A stretch of DNA of 64,000 nucleotides from Mobula hypostoma. Taxonomy: Eukaryota. Positions 27,501-41,090 of this stretch are shown in pieces. Position numbers and translations under genes: made by a program. The stretch is taken from positions 5,830,001 to 5,894,000 of the forward strand of contig NC_086109.1 in NCBI RefSeq assembly GCF_963921235.1, given 5' to 3'. Under the pieces are notes generated by a model. That model saw only the letters and a list, made by a program, of their open reading frames with translations, was not told the origin of the DNA and ran no database searches. Position 1 is the first letter of the stretch; each line of letters begins with the position of its first letter.

Positions 27501-28157
27501 TTAAAAAAAAAATTGAGATACAGTGCAGAACAGGCCCTTCCGGCCCTTTGAGCCACACCGCACAGCAATGCCTGGATTTAACCCTACAGGAACAATTTAC
27601 AATGACCAATTAACCTACCGTCTTTGGACTGCGGGAGGAAACCAGAGCACCCAAAGAAAACCCACACAGTCACGGGGAGAACGTACAAACTCCTGACAGG
27701 CAGCGGCGGGAATTGAACCTGTGTAAAGCATTGTGCTAACCACTACACTACTGTGCTGCCTGCAGTCTACAGAACATGACACTCAAGGACCTGGGTTACA
27801 TTATATATTTTTGTTCTGTGTATGACCGTATGTTTACTGCTTTCTTAATATGTGCTGTATGTGCTTTGTGCTGTGTATGACTTTCGGTACTGTGTTTTGT
27901 ACCTTGGCCCCGGTGTAACACTGTTTTATTTGGCTGTATTCATGGGAATTCATCTATGGTTGAATGACAATTAAACGAACTTGAACTCTGTATGTCTCCA
28001 ATACAACAGAAAACCACTACCCAAAATACTCTGCCAATACAAGTTCCTTTGCTCTTTAAAAAAAAACCATAAAGTCTGCAAAAAGAAACTACTTAGTTTG
28101 CTATCTCAAAAATACACATCACTAGCAAATAACTTCCCATAGTTATTTTTACTTCAG

Positions 28158-28163
28158 TTTATT
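28158..28163 (-). promoter_or_regulatory. Candidate MAPKAPK2 polyadenylation signal (AATAAA)
   Basis: First AATAAA I found on the minus strand after the stop codon, in non-repeat sequence, followed about 40 nt later by a GU/U-rich stretch (gtgatgtgtattttt). Would imply a ~3.3 kb 3'UTR; unverified. Confidence 0.4.
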
Positions 28164-29639
28164 CACTAAGACTTTAACTGGTATTCCACCTCAAAGATTA
28201 AATCTGCTAAAACTACAAAGTATTTTAAAAAAATCAGGAACTAAGGGCCATAACCCCACCAAAATTAGAATCTTGCTTTTAAGTTGTATTCTCGCTTTTT
28301 TGTTTGCCTTCCCAGCAGACTCCCTGGACACTTTCTGCAGGACCAGTTCTCTTCCAAAGAACAAGATGCAAAAGACACACGCCCATCGAAACATACAGTG
28401 ACACTAAGGAGTCAACAGAAGGTTCCATTACTGGCACTGGTTCCTTAAGGTTTGCTATAACCAGCAGAGGTTCCCACTCACAACCTCACAATTCTCCCAA
28501 TGGCGCGTGTCTCAGATGGCCTCTGGCAACCAAGTCCAGCTCCTGGCCTTCACGTGCGGCTTAGCTACAGAGTCCAGCAGAGATGTTTCTACTGACAGAA
28601 GACGGGGCAAAGGTGCATTAATGGTGCCTTAAAACCAGTCGCTCGTCAGCTGTGGTTGGCAGCTCATCTAGAAGAAAGAAAACTCTGGATCTCAAACCTC
28701 TGCTGCCTTGTGGATATATACACTCACGGGGGAAGGGTCTGGGAGTAAAACCCGTGGAAAAATTCCAGAGCTGGAGTCTCTAAGGCAGTCCTACATTGAG
28801 TTCAACGCTGACTGGCAACTCCTGCGACACCACTGGTGCCAAACTGTATCAGTCTCTGCCATTCCTTCGGATTCATCAGCTGCGTGGAGAGGGGGAGCCT
28901 GCTAATGTGGGCACCAGCTTGCTCTTCATATTGTACTCCCCTGGCTTGTGTATCGCGTCGACCCCAATCAATGGACGGCCTCAGTGGCTACATTGAAAAC
29001 ATTGCAGGCTATGGCAGTTACAGTAAGCCTCGATGGACTTTTATCTCAATGCATAGCAGTGCACAATGCAGCTTAATCTGCGAGTCTGAGAGTCCACTGG
29101 GGAAGTTGGAAGGCCCAAAGTCCGCGAGCCCTCGGGGGGCGGCCTGTCCTGCGGTTGGAGACCTGTCTATGTGTGGAAGGGAGGGAGGGAGCGAGGGAGG
29201 AAAGGGGGATTGTTTCACTGTTGCTGTGTTGCTGTTTCTCCTTGCGTTGTTTTGCTGAACACCTTGGCTGGTGCTGGAATGTGTGGTGACATTTGCAGGC
29301 TGCCCCCAGCACCTCCTTAGGCTGTGTTGGTTATTAATGCAAACGGCACATTTCACTGTATGTTTCGATAAATAAATGAATCTGAATCTAGTCCAATCCT
29401 ATAGTGTAACATTTTTGTAAGTGCATATCAAGTGGAGAGAACTAGATGGTTGCTGGGAGGTGTGAGGAACAGAAAAATGTCTACTGGCTGCTAATAGGAG
29501 TGATGACAATCTTGGATTGGGACCATAATCCCAAAGAAACTTAAGGGCCGCTTCTCTACTTGTGCTATTTAGGAAGTCGACAGTAGTGTAGTCAAGCATA
29601 AAACAGCTAACAGAGTCCAACGGCCAAAAGCGGAATTTG

Positions 29640-30135
29640 CCGGTGGCCAACTATTTTAATTCCTACCCCATTCTCATTTCAACATGTTGGTCCATAGTGT
29701 CCTCTTCTGCCACATAAGGCCACCCTCAGGGTGGAGGAGCAACACTTCATATTCCGCCTGGGTAGCATCCAACCTCATGGCATGAATATTGATTTCTCCA
29801 TCCAGTATTTTTCTCCTTCCCTTACTCCATTCCTCAACATTGGCCTCCTAACCCTCCTATCGCCTCCACCCGGTGCCTCTCCTCCTTCCCCTTTCTCCCA
29901 TGGTCCTCCCGCCTCTCCTAGCAGAATCCCTCTTCTCCAGCCCTTTATCTTCCCCACTCACCTGGCTTCACCCATCATCCTCTAGCTATCCTCCTTCCCC
30001 TCTTCCCAGTCCTGATGAAGGGTCTCGGCCCGAAACGTTGACTGTTTATCCCCCTCCATAGATGCTGCCTGACCCGTTGAGTTCATCCAGTGTTTTGTGG
30101 TGTTAATCTGGATTTCCGGCAGAATCTCTCGTGTT
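29640..30135 (+). mobile_element. Penelope-like element 3' end (GIY-YIG C-terminus, CT-rich spacer, pLTR)
   Basis: Encodes ..ATLRVEEQHFIFRLGSIQPHGMNIDFS, followed by a pyrimidine-rich spacer and the hammerhead-containing terminal segment. Confidence 0.8.
30007..30044 (+). ncRNA. Minimal type-I hammerhead ribozyme (best-preserved copy)
   Basis: Stem I CAGUC(30007-11)/GACUG(30040-44); core CUGAUGA (30012-18) plus an extra A; stem II GGG/CCC around UCUCGG; GAAA (30032-35); short palindromic helix III (AC/GU); NUH = GUU. Confidence 0.75.
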
Positions 30136-30799
30136 TATAACGTAGTCACGGTTTCAACTCCACCATGGATGGTCCCATGACCAACTACGAAAGGAGGAGG
30201 GTGGGATATGAGGCTGGCAAACCCACCCTGCAGAAGCCCAGAGCTACAGAAACACCAACAGAAGCTCCAAAGATCTCATCCCTGGGAGAGGAAAGATCTT
30301 CAAAGACGGGCTACGCCAGCGGACAGTTTGAAAGATTGGCCCAGGACAGAGGTGAGCTGCTGTCAGTGACCTATGCCCCGGTAGGGGTGATTGGGTGAGA
30401 AGAATAGTCACAGCTCAGTCAGACCATTGCACGCAACTGGACACATCTGGATCATCGGACGTTTTCTTTTTTTTTTGCTGAAGTTCATACAGCCAATCTG
30501 AATCTGAGGGGGAAAATACTGTAACTGCGTTCAATTCAGGGGCATTTACATGAGTTTTGTGTAATTGAATAAACTTCCAGAGAAAAATCAATGTACATCT
30601 CTGATGAAAGTTTCCAGCATTCTTAGAAAGGTTCAATTTTAGTGAAGACTTCAAACTTCTAAAACCACAAAACGCAAATCCCATGCATCTGATAGGCTGG
30701 CACAACATTGTGGGCCGAGAGGCCTGTCATGTGCTGTAAATTTCTATGTTCTATGTTCTTTAAACTAAGTGAATAAAGATTTGAGAACAGTTGCTGCTT

Positions 30800-31140
30800 G
30801 AATACTGAAAGGCTGGGAAAAAGTGGATATAGAGAGGCTGTTTCCAATAGTGTTGGACCTAGAGTCTAGAGCAGCTGAATAGAGAGGCGTCCATTTAAAA
30901 CAGAGATGTACTTTAGCCAGAGGGTGGTGAATCTGTGGATTTCATTGCCACAGACAGCTGTGGAGGCCAGGTCATTGGGTGTATTTAAAGCAGAAGTTGA
31001 TAGGCTCTTAATTAGTCAGGGCATCAAAGGTTACAGGGAGAAGGCAGAAGAATGGGGCTGAGAAGAAAAATAAATCAGCCATGATGGAATGGTGGAACAG
31101 ACTCGATGGGCTGAATAGCCAGTTCTGTTCCTATTATGTC
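30800..31140 (+). mobile_element. CR1 LINE 3' fragment (representative of many)
   Basis: ttagccagagggtggtgaatctgtgg..gtggaggccaggtcattgggtgtatttaaagc..gactcgatgggctgaatagcc. Similar pieces lie near 25110-25545, 32650-32930, 34460-35160, 39620-39835(-), 43730-44075(-), 50590-50980 and 52590-53000. Confidence 0.8.
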
Positions 31141-31514
31141 TTAAGTTGCAGAAATCAATAGACACAAAGGAAATTTCTCTCAACTATTACACCGAATGAC
31201 AAATATTCGGTTCAAAGAGCACACTAGTCTTTTTCACAGGATTCACCAGTCGACCGCCAACTCCCAAGCCCAATCTCTGGTCTTTTACATCTCATTAAAA
31301 ACCACCCCCCTCATGTCCTCACCCCCACTGTGTCTCACAGCAGAATGTTCACCTCCGCTCGAGAGAGAGGTAAAGAGAGTATTCAAAAATAAAATTCAAA
31401 AAGCCCACTGATTAAAAATTCCTCAACTTCATGCGACATTTAAAAAGAATTCTCTAAAAATAACAGTGTGGCGCCCATCCCACCCTGTCCCACTTCTCTG
31501 TGTGTTGCTGTGTC

Positions 31515-31655
31515 TCAATGTCCAGCTGCAGTGGACGCAGTTAACCCCTTCTTTCTCCTTTTTATCAGCAGTGGGTTGCACGACTCTTCTATTTTTTTGA
31601 TTTTAATTTGTTCGTAGTCAACTCTCATGGTGGCCAAGGCACTGGTCATTTCCTC
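31515..31655 (-). CDS. MAPKAPK2: MAPKAPK2 terminal coding exon (exon 10 equivalent)
   Basis: cccacag acceptor. Encodes EEMTSALATMRVDYEQIKIKKIEESCNPLLIKRRKKGLTASTAAGH*, containing the NES region and bipartite NLS/p38 docking motif KK..KRRKK. TGA at 31517-31515. Confidence 0.97.
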   Translation of the reverse strand, partial: EEMTSALATMRVDYEQIKIKKIEESCNPLLIKRRKKGLTASTAAGH

Positions 31656-34256
31656 CTGTGGGTAGAGCAGGCGGCATTAGAATCTACAAGACGAAAATGG
31701 TGCAAACCCCCCACCCTGCATGTTATTCCCCCCCCCAACCAGCCCGTCACCTTCCCCCATCCTGCCTGTTGTCCCCACTCCCCTGCTCATCACCCCACCC
31801 ACCCTACACATGGACTTTGTCCCAGTTCCATCAGGATGGAGGCTACCTAGCAACCACACCAAGACCACCAGACCTCAAAACTGTTACTTGCCCCAGGCAG
31901 TAAGGCTGATCAATACCTCCACCCACCAACCCTCCTGTCCACAACCCCCAACCGCCACTACTTTACCATTTCCTGTCAGTCACCTTATATACAGACACTC
32001 CTGTAGCTCGAGTCACTTTGGGACACACGTCCAATAAACCTACCAGCCATCTTATTTATTTATAAGTATCATTTACACTATGTTCTTTTATCTTATTGTG
32101 CTTATTTTGTGCTGCATCAGATCCAGAGTAACAATTATTTTGTTCTCTTTTACACTAGTGTAGTGGAAATGACATTAAACAATCTTGAAACTGGAACCAA
32201 TCCCCCTTCTTGGCTAGGGTCCCTATGTCAGAGCTGAAAGGGGATGGATCATGGTTTGTTTCAGAGCCTTTGCCTCTGACTGGCAATTCAGTGAGACACT
32301 GAAGTCTCCTGCAGGAACCCACTCCATTGGACACATACACATATACCCCAGGGTACAGGGTTGGCTATTTATGACTGTGCCAAGGAACATTGTGGGGATT
32401 TCCAGTCACCACACTATAGGTAGTATGTGGTCAGGCTGGAAGAGAGTATGGAGGAGATCCATCTAGCAAAATGCAGAGAGAACTGGCAAGTTGTCAGGAG
32501 GATTGAGGAACTGATGGGATGTCTATAGAAATGATAGCATTGGTTAGACTGGGACCATACCCAAGTAAACTCAAGAGTTGTCTCCTACTTGCGCTTAATC
32601 AAGCAGTAAGCAACTAACACTCTCTCACCATTGTGCACAAGTGCACACACCTGGATTGGAGAACTTCAGATATGAGGAGCGACTGGACAGGCTGGGATTG
32701 CTTTCTCTGGAGAGGAGGAGAGGGAGGGGTGATCTGATAGAGGTTAATATAATTATGAGGAAAAAACAGGGTAGATATTCAGAATCTTCTGTCCTTGATA
32801 GGGGCATCAAAAGCAAGAGGGCATGGGTTTAAGGTGAGAGGAAGGAATTTTAAAGGGGATTTGAATGGAAAGCTTTTTTTCTTACACGGAGAGAGGGTGA
32901 TATCTGGAACTCACTGCCAGAGGAGGAGTTTGAGGAGATTTGGCATGTCTCCAAAAACACTTGAAAATTTCTACAAATGTGCATTCTAACTGGCTGCATC
33001 ACCCACGGTCTGGTAAGATGGTGAGGGGGGTGGGTGGGAGGGGAAGAGAGCAACTGCACAGGACACAAGCAAGCTGAATAAAGTTGTAAATTATGGGCAC
33101 TAGCCTCCGTAGTGTCCAGAGCATCATCAAGGAGCGATACCTGGTATCCATCATTAAGGAACAGGTACAGAAGCCTGAAGGCACACAGTCAGTGATTCAG
33201 GAACAGCTTCCTCCCCTCTGCCATCCAGTTTCTGAATGGACATTGAACTCATGAACACTACCCCACTACTTTATGATTTCTTTTTGTGTACTACTTATTT
33301 AATTTAACTGTTTAATATATATAATTACTGTAATCCATATTTGTTCTATTATTATGTATTGCATTGAACTGTTGCTGCAAAGTTAACAAATTTCACGATA
33401 TATGCCAGTGATATTAAACCTGCTTCTGATTCTGACTGATCTGCTCCAGGTCTCATCTCTTTTGTTCCAATTCCCTACAGCCTTCAGTTCCATGAATGTT
33501 CAAAAACGTTATCTACTTCCTTAAATAGCTTCACTGATCCAGCTTCCACAACCCCGCCACCCGAACTTAATACATGCACAAAGTATTTTGGGAGAACTGA
33601 AAAGGTGTTATATGGCTGTTACTGTTTACCATCTATTCTTTCATAATAAATGTCAGAGGGATAGTATTTGGACGAAGCTAGAGTGGATTGTTCTCCGTTA
33701 TAATAGGACACACGAACTGAATCATCCCTTTTGAATCATGCCCTGAACCCACAAGACATAACCCTCACTTCTACGAATGTCCTCACACAAGATTTTCCAG
33801 CATTGGCCCATGGTCAATTTTCTCAGCTGGCTGCAGAGGGCTGTAGACCCAGCTCCATCATGTGCACTAGCCTGCCCAGCCTCGAGGACCTCTTCAAAAG
33901 GCAATGCCTCAGAAAAGTCCACATCCATCATTATGGACCCCATTAGCCAGAATATCCCCTCTTCTCATTGATACTACTAGAAATGAGGCACAGGAGCCCG
34001 AAGATACCCTTTCAACATTTTAGGAAAGGCTCTTCCCCTCCACCATCAGATTTTTGAACAGTCCATGAACACTACCTCACGATTTTGCTCCCTATTTGCA
34101 CTACTTGTTATATATTTCTTATTGTAACATATTGTAATTTTTAATGTTTTGCACTGTACTGCTGCCACAAAACAACAAATTTCACAACATATGTTAGTGA
34201 TAATAAACATTAATAAACATGATTCCGATTTTGAATGTCACTGGAATCTGTTTTAC

Positions 34257-34337
34257 CTTCACTTCTTCCCATAGGTCCTTCTCTTCCTTCAGGACTCTGC
34301 TGGTGTGAAGAGGTGTCTGTGGAACCTGATTCGATTG
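34257..34337 (-). CDS. MAPKAPK2: MAPKAPK2 coding exon (exon 9 equivalent)
   Basis: 81 bp, tctttag acceptor, GTAAAA donor. Encodes QSNQVPQTPLHTSRVLKEEKDLWEEVK with the T334-equivalent p38 site (QTP). Confidence 0.96.
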
Positions 34338-35296
34338 CTAAAGATTGGAAATACCACAGAGCAAAATCAGTCCCCATTTGGTGTAACAAAACAAACTTCC
34401 GTCAATTGATGAAACCACAGACTACAAAGGTCATTTTGAAAGTCTGAAGTTATTTCCTGAGTGAAGCTAATCGAATATTGAGAAGCGTGGTGAAGATGTT
34501 TCCTACAGTGCTGGAGTCTAGGACCAGAGAGCATGAAATCAGAATGTTCCTTTAGAACAGAGATGAGGAATTTGTTTAGCCAGAGGCTGGTGAATCTGTG
34601 GAATTCTTTGCCATGGAAGGGTGTGGAGGCCAAGTCATTGGGTATATTCAAAGATTCAAAGCTTCATTTTATTGTCAAGGTACATATGCAGAATACAACT
34701 CTGAGATTTGTCTTCTCTAGATAGCCACAGAGTACAGAAAACCATATAAGTAGTTGAAAGAAAGACATCAATCATCCCCCCAAACGAAAAGAAAAAGAAA
34801 CAAAAACTTGCAAACTCCAAACACCCCCAACCCCTCCCTCACACAAAAACTAACAGATCACCCAATCCACAACAAGAATGGGCGAGAACATGAACCAAAT
34901 AGAGAATTGAAAGAGGCCAATAAGAACCACATTCCGATTCCTAAATCTCAGAATTTCGATAACACCTCTGAGAGCATCGCGACCCAGCAGCCTCTCTGAG
35001 GGCAGCAGAAGGTGGATAGCCTTGATTAGTCAAGGCGTCAAAGATACGGGGAAAAGGCAAGAGAATGGGGTTGAGAGGGATAATAAATCAGCCATGATGG
35101 AATGGCAAAGCAATCTCGATAGTCTGACTGCTCTAAATCTGCTGCGATGTTTGATGGTCTTTTGGTCTAAAAATTGGAGAGGAAAGAATTGGTGGAAAAA
35201 TATGGAACAGAAAGCTGAAGAAATGAAAGCTTAAGAACCATTTAATGAGAGAGGAGAGGCAGGAAGTCATATTTTGATTGGGGAAGTTTCAATTCA

Positions 35297-35461
<165 letters not shown>

Positions 35462-37492
35462 TCAGTGTCTCAGCTGTGGCCCTCCCCCAGCACATCCTTC
35501 GACAGTATTGCATGCTGATGAAAATGGGGCATTTCACTGATTTTGACATTTCTGTGTACATGTGACAAATTACGCTACTATTTCTCTTTAATCTTGGCAG
35601 GCCAATGTCCCTGGATGAGCAATAGGCGACTGAAGGTTTAAAACTCTGTATAATTTGCTGCTAGGTGGTGGGATGGAGAAACAGCTCCTCCAAAGGACCC
35701 TTTCTGAATTATTTTCATAATCTTTGAACTGTTATTAAAGTATGGATCTGAGCCATTATTATTATAATATCATATGATAAGGTATTTTTTCTTTTTTCTT
35801 TACCAACCAGCTCATTTTGGTAGCGGGGGTAGATTTTTCTAAATAAAATACAATTATTTGATTTTATTTCATTTCATAATTCAATCTTTTTTTGTACATG
35901 ATTGATTTGGAATATGGGATACTGTGATTTAAATGTAATGTAATTTGTATTATTTACTTGTATCCTTATGAATTTTGTATTTGAATTCATGCAATTTATA
36001 TAATATCAATAAATATATTGAAAAAGCATAAAAAGGTTATGGGGGAGATGGCCGGGAACTGGTTGAGGAGGAGATTTAAAGAAAGGATGAGCCATGATTA
36101 AATGGCGGAGCAGACTCAATGGGCCAGATGGCCTAATTCTGCTTCTATATCTTATGGTCTTATGGTAATGTGCTCTTTCCCTCCGCTAGACTGCAGGTCA
36201 CCCTTGGGCGAAGTGTAGCACCTCTCAGCCCCTTAATTGGGGTCAGGTAAAGCCATGGGAGCAGGTGATGGATGGTCAGATGAGCAGCTGGTGCACATCA
36301 CAAATCCTGGTTATGTGACCACTTAAGGCCAGGCAGACAATCTCTGAAGAGTGTTGATGACAACGGGGGTCACCCATCTTGTAAAGACACTGCCCCGAGC
36401 CAATGCCAATGGGAAAGGCAAATCACTTCTGTAGAAAATTTGCCAAGACTAATCACGGTCAAGACCATGACTGCCCATGTCATACCACACGGCAAATAAT
36501 GACAATGATGAATACATCACAATGTGCTCAAAAAGGAGAATATGACAATAGTCTCAGGCAAAGTGTGAAGATCTAGATCTAAACTAGTTCAAAATAGAGC
36601 TCCTAATATTGCGATAATGGAGACAAGGTGTCATAACTTATCATAAAGTACACACAAGTGTACATCCATTTGAACACAGACAGCTTTCCTAACAGTATTC
36701 AGTCACCTTTGGGGACAGAACAGAACTATTCTGCTAAATAGACATCCAATCTGTATTTGGTTTCTCCAACATAGAGGAGGCCAAATTTGGTTTTCTGGTC
36801 AACATGTATGATGGCAATCACTGTCCGCCTTCTGGAGGGTAGCAGCACTGTATGAATTCTCCGTCTGGTTGCATCCATGGCCGAGTGATGTCATGTCCCC
36901 CAGGGCAAACCCCCACCAGTCACACACAGGTCAGGGAGATCGTATTGAACTGAGGAATCAGGGACCTCAAATGCTGAAATGTGGAGCTACAAACAATCTG
37001 CTGGAGGAACTCGGTGGGCTGAGCAGCATCTGTGAGGGTTTCAGAACTGATGCAGGGTTCTGAGCTAAAACATCGACAATCCCTCTCCTCCCACAGACCT
37101 TGTTCGACTCATTGAATTCCTCCTGTGGCTATCTGTTGCCCAAACCCTGCCGAAAACTTCAGACACACCAGACTTCGAGATGATGTGGGGATCAGTTGGG
37201 CTGAAGGGCCTGTTCCCTGCAAGACCCTGTGAATCTATACATCGTTCTAAAATGCGACTCTTTTATGCGAGTACATACAGTGGTATAATAAGCCTATCTC
37301 ACCATGACATAATCTAGGGTATTGGGACTACAGATCTGAATTATAATAGAAGGCATTTAAAACAAATAAGACTGGACTTTATTCTCCTTTAAGTAAACAG
37401 TTAACACAACACTGCTAAATTATATTAGTGTAAGTATGCAATGTTTATTTTCAAAAGTAAAGTTTGCTTGTAGAAATGTATACCCTTCTTCA

Positions 37493-37768
<276 letters not shown>

Positions 37769-40276
37769 CTAAAACTTCCACTGATTCCATCAGTTATAGT
37801 ATAACCATTATTTTGATTCAAGGAGTGTGTCCCCTCTGGGATGGCGAATTTTTTGGCACTGTGGTGTAGCAATGAGCCAACACTATTACGGTGCCAGCTG
37901 TAAGATCGGGCTTCAATTCCTGATGCTGCTGTAAGGAGTTTGTGCATTCTTTCCATTACCATCTGGGTTTCCTCCCACATTCCAAGGACATAGGGGTTAG
38001 GATTAGTAAGTTAGGGGCATGCTATACTGGCGCAGGGAATGTGGTGACAGCTGCCGGCCAGCACAATCCTCACTGCTTTGACTTGACACAAATTACACAC
38101 TTCACTGTTTGTTTCAGAGCACTCATGACAAACAAAACTAATGTAATACTCTGTTTAAGATCATACTTTATTTTATTAATACAGTTATGCTGTTGGGCAT
38201 TTTTTACTGATCTTCTCAAAATGCAAATCTATATATAGAAAAAAGTGTTTCTTTAATTACATTATACAATTGAGTTATTTCATTTTTGCTGTTTAAAATA
38301 AAATTAAAACTCATTAAAAAGCTAGGCTTGTTGAATTAGTCAATAGGATTTGCCATGTTAACATTTTGGCCAATAAGATGCCCAGGAAAAGAACGGGCAG
38401 TCAATTTCTACAGAGAGCATGGGATTGAAGGAGTTTCAAAAAAGAATGGAAATGGACAATAATCAGGGCGGAAGAACATGATGAAACACTCACAGAACCA
38501 AATTTGGAAGGACGGATACAGAAGTCAGAAAACCCTTGTGCTGACTATTGTCTCACGGAGAATTTGCAGATAACTTTCAGTTAGCCAGCTAGCACACAAC
38601 ATTGGAAGCGTAATGCCTTTCTCCTTGGATGTTGTGTGGAAATTTATTTATTTTTGCTTGCTTGGACTGGTTCTTCAACGCAGAACCGTTTCGGTACCGT
38701 CAGTAAGCAAAGTGAAGCAAACTGGATTGATTATGCGACAATGAACGAGCTCCAATGATTACATACACGCTATAGACTGGCCCTTATGTGATCGACCCTT
38801 TTCTTTATTTTGTTTGCTATAGTTTAAAATATTTTATCAATACAATTTCAATCTACATTTATACTGGTGTGAGCTAAATTATTGCTTCCTGGCGAACAGT
38901 AAATTTGCATGGGGATGTCAGTATTCATACAAGTAATAGTCTTATTTTTCTTAGAAGAAATATTCAAACTTTATGTTTTTTTCTGTGTTTACCCGAATCA
39001 TATGCATCCTAGACGTTTATTTACTGGTATGGCCTCTTCATCGTTAATCCCCATGCATCACAGAGTTAAGTTGCTGATAGTTGCATTCACAATAGTAGTT
39101 AACTCATTACGAGCCTACGGTGAGGGTATTACAGTAATATTTGCTTTCTTTCTTTAGTAGAAAGCGTTCTTATAATGAAAGTGGTTAACAGCATCTGTAG
39201 AAGGTGCAATCAGTCTAGCATCAGGAATGATTGCTGGTTATAATTATCATGTATTTGCATGCAGCGAGTGTTTTAGAGTCTGTCAAGCGTTCATTGAATA
39301 CTCAAGCGATTCTAGCTTTAACGAGAGAATAATGTTTCAGTGCTGTACCAAGGGAATGGTATATTGCCAAAAGCGCAACCACTTCAAGGTGTCAGCCCAG
39401 TTCCCAAGCAGAAATAAGAGATTCCTTGCGTTAAGTCAACAACTGTGACACAGTCGAGTTGCCATCTCACAACACTAGAGACTCAAGTTCAATCCTCACT
39501 TCAAACCTCCGGTGCTAACTATATGGAATTTGTGCGTTCTCCCTGTTTCCTCCGGATATTCCAGATTTCCCACCTCCCAAAGACATTCAGATTGGTAGGC
39601 CAAATGGCCACTCTAATTTAGACCATAAGATCATAGGAACAGGATGAGGGCGTTTCGGCCCATTTCGTCACAGCTGATCAATTTTCCCTCTCATTCCCAA
39701 TCTCCTGCCTTCTCCCCGTATCCCTTCATGCCCTGACCAATCAAGAATCTGCCAACCTCTACCTTAAATATACTCAATAACTTAGCCTCCACAGTTGCCT
39801 GTGGCGACAAGTTCCACAGATTCACCACCCTCTGGTTACAGAATGCAGGCAGGTTGAAGAATCTGGGGGATCTGATGGGAATGTGGGATTCATTTGATAG
39901 CGGTGTACTAGTTGATAAGAAGCTTAGATTGAGTGGACAGTCAGAGACTTCTTCTAGGGCGGAAATAGCTAATACCAGGAAACATAATTTTAAGGTAGGA
40001 AGTATGGTAGGGGGCAAGTCGGTGGTAGTTTATTTTTACACAGAGAGCTGGGTATATAGAACACACTGCTAGGGTTGGAGGTAGAGGCATTTAAAAAACT
40101 CTAAGATAGGCACATGATAGAAAGAAAAATGGAGGTCTACTTTGGGGGGAAGGATTAGAGCATGTTAAAGGGTTGGGCACAGCATCTTGGACTGGGAAGC
40201 CTGTATCATGCTGGACCCTTCTATATTCTAATTTAGGATTAGAGGCAACGGATGATCAATGGTGTGTGTGGAGTTA

Positions 40277-40986
40277 AGGCTGATTTATACTTGTGCGTAC
40301 CAGCTTACGCCGTAGCCTATGCAAGTGGGATACGCCGTTGTGAGCATTTATACTTGTGCGTTGGTGTGTCTGTGTCGCTCTGCAATTCACTGCCAAAACG
40401 CTAGTTGGCGGTGGGATTTCGAAGCCACTGTGTTGAGTTTCTTCGTGTTGAAACTCAACACGAAGAAACTCAAACTTTAAACAATGGCAACTGAAACTGA
40501 AGGAGGGTGAATTTTCTGTGCTTGTCCGGCCACTAAGAGACATGAACGAGGAAATGCATTTCAAATATTTTTGGATGTTGGCAGGTAGATTTGACGATTT
40601 AGTTCATCATCTCCAACCATTTATTTCACATCAGTGTATGCACAGTATACTCAGAGACTGGCAATCACCATTCAAGATTTAGCTTCAGGTAGCTAGCTAC
40701 AACTGGCATCGAGCACAGGGTCCTCCAAAATTTTGGAGGTCTGTAAAGCTTTATGGAAAGCATTGCAGCCAGAGTTCCTTCCCTGCCCTTCAGTCGCCCA
40801 ATGGGAAGCTATTGCAGCGTAGAAGGAAATGTGATGCTACCAAGCAGACCAATCACAGTTGTTTCGGTCTGCGTTGCCGCGATGCGTAGTTACATTTGGG
40901 GAGAGGTGCGCGTTAGGCTTCGGCGTAGGGTAAGCAGCTACACCGTACGTACAGCGTACATTTGACACACAAGTATAAATCAGCCT
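40277..40986 (+). mobile_element. PIF/Harbinger DNA transposon deletion derivative
   Basis: TIRs aggctgatttatacttgtg / cacaagtataaatcagcct; TTA on both flanks (40274-76, 40987-89). Internal remnant [48 protein letters not shown] resembles a Harbinger transposase N-terminal region. Confidence 0.85.
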
Positions 40987-41090
40987 TTAGTCAGCTGAAG
41001 GGTCTGTCTCCACGTTGCATCTATCAGAAGAAACCTTACCTTGGACCTCAGGCAGAATTTCTTTCTCAAACAACACGGATAAACGAATTA

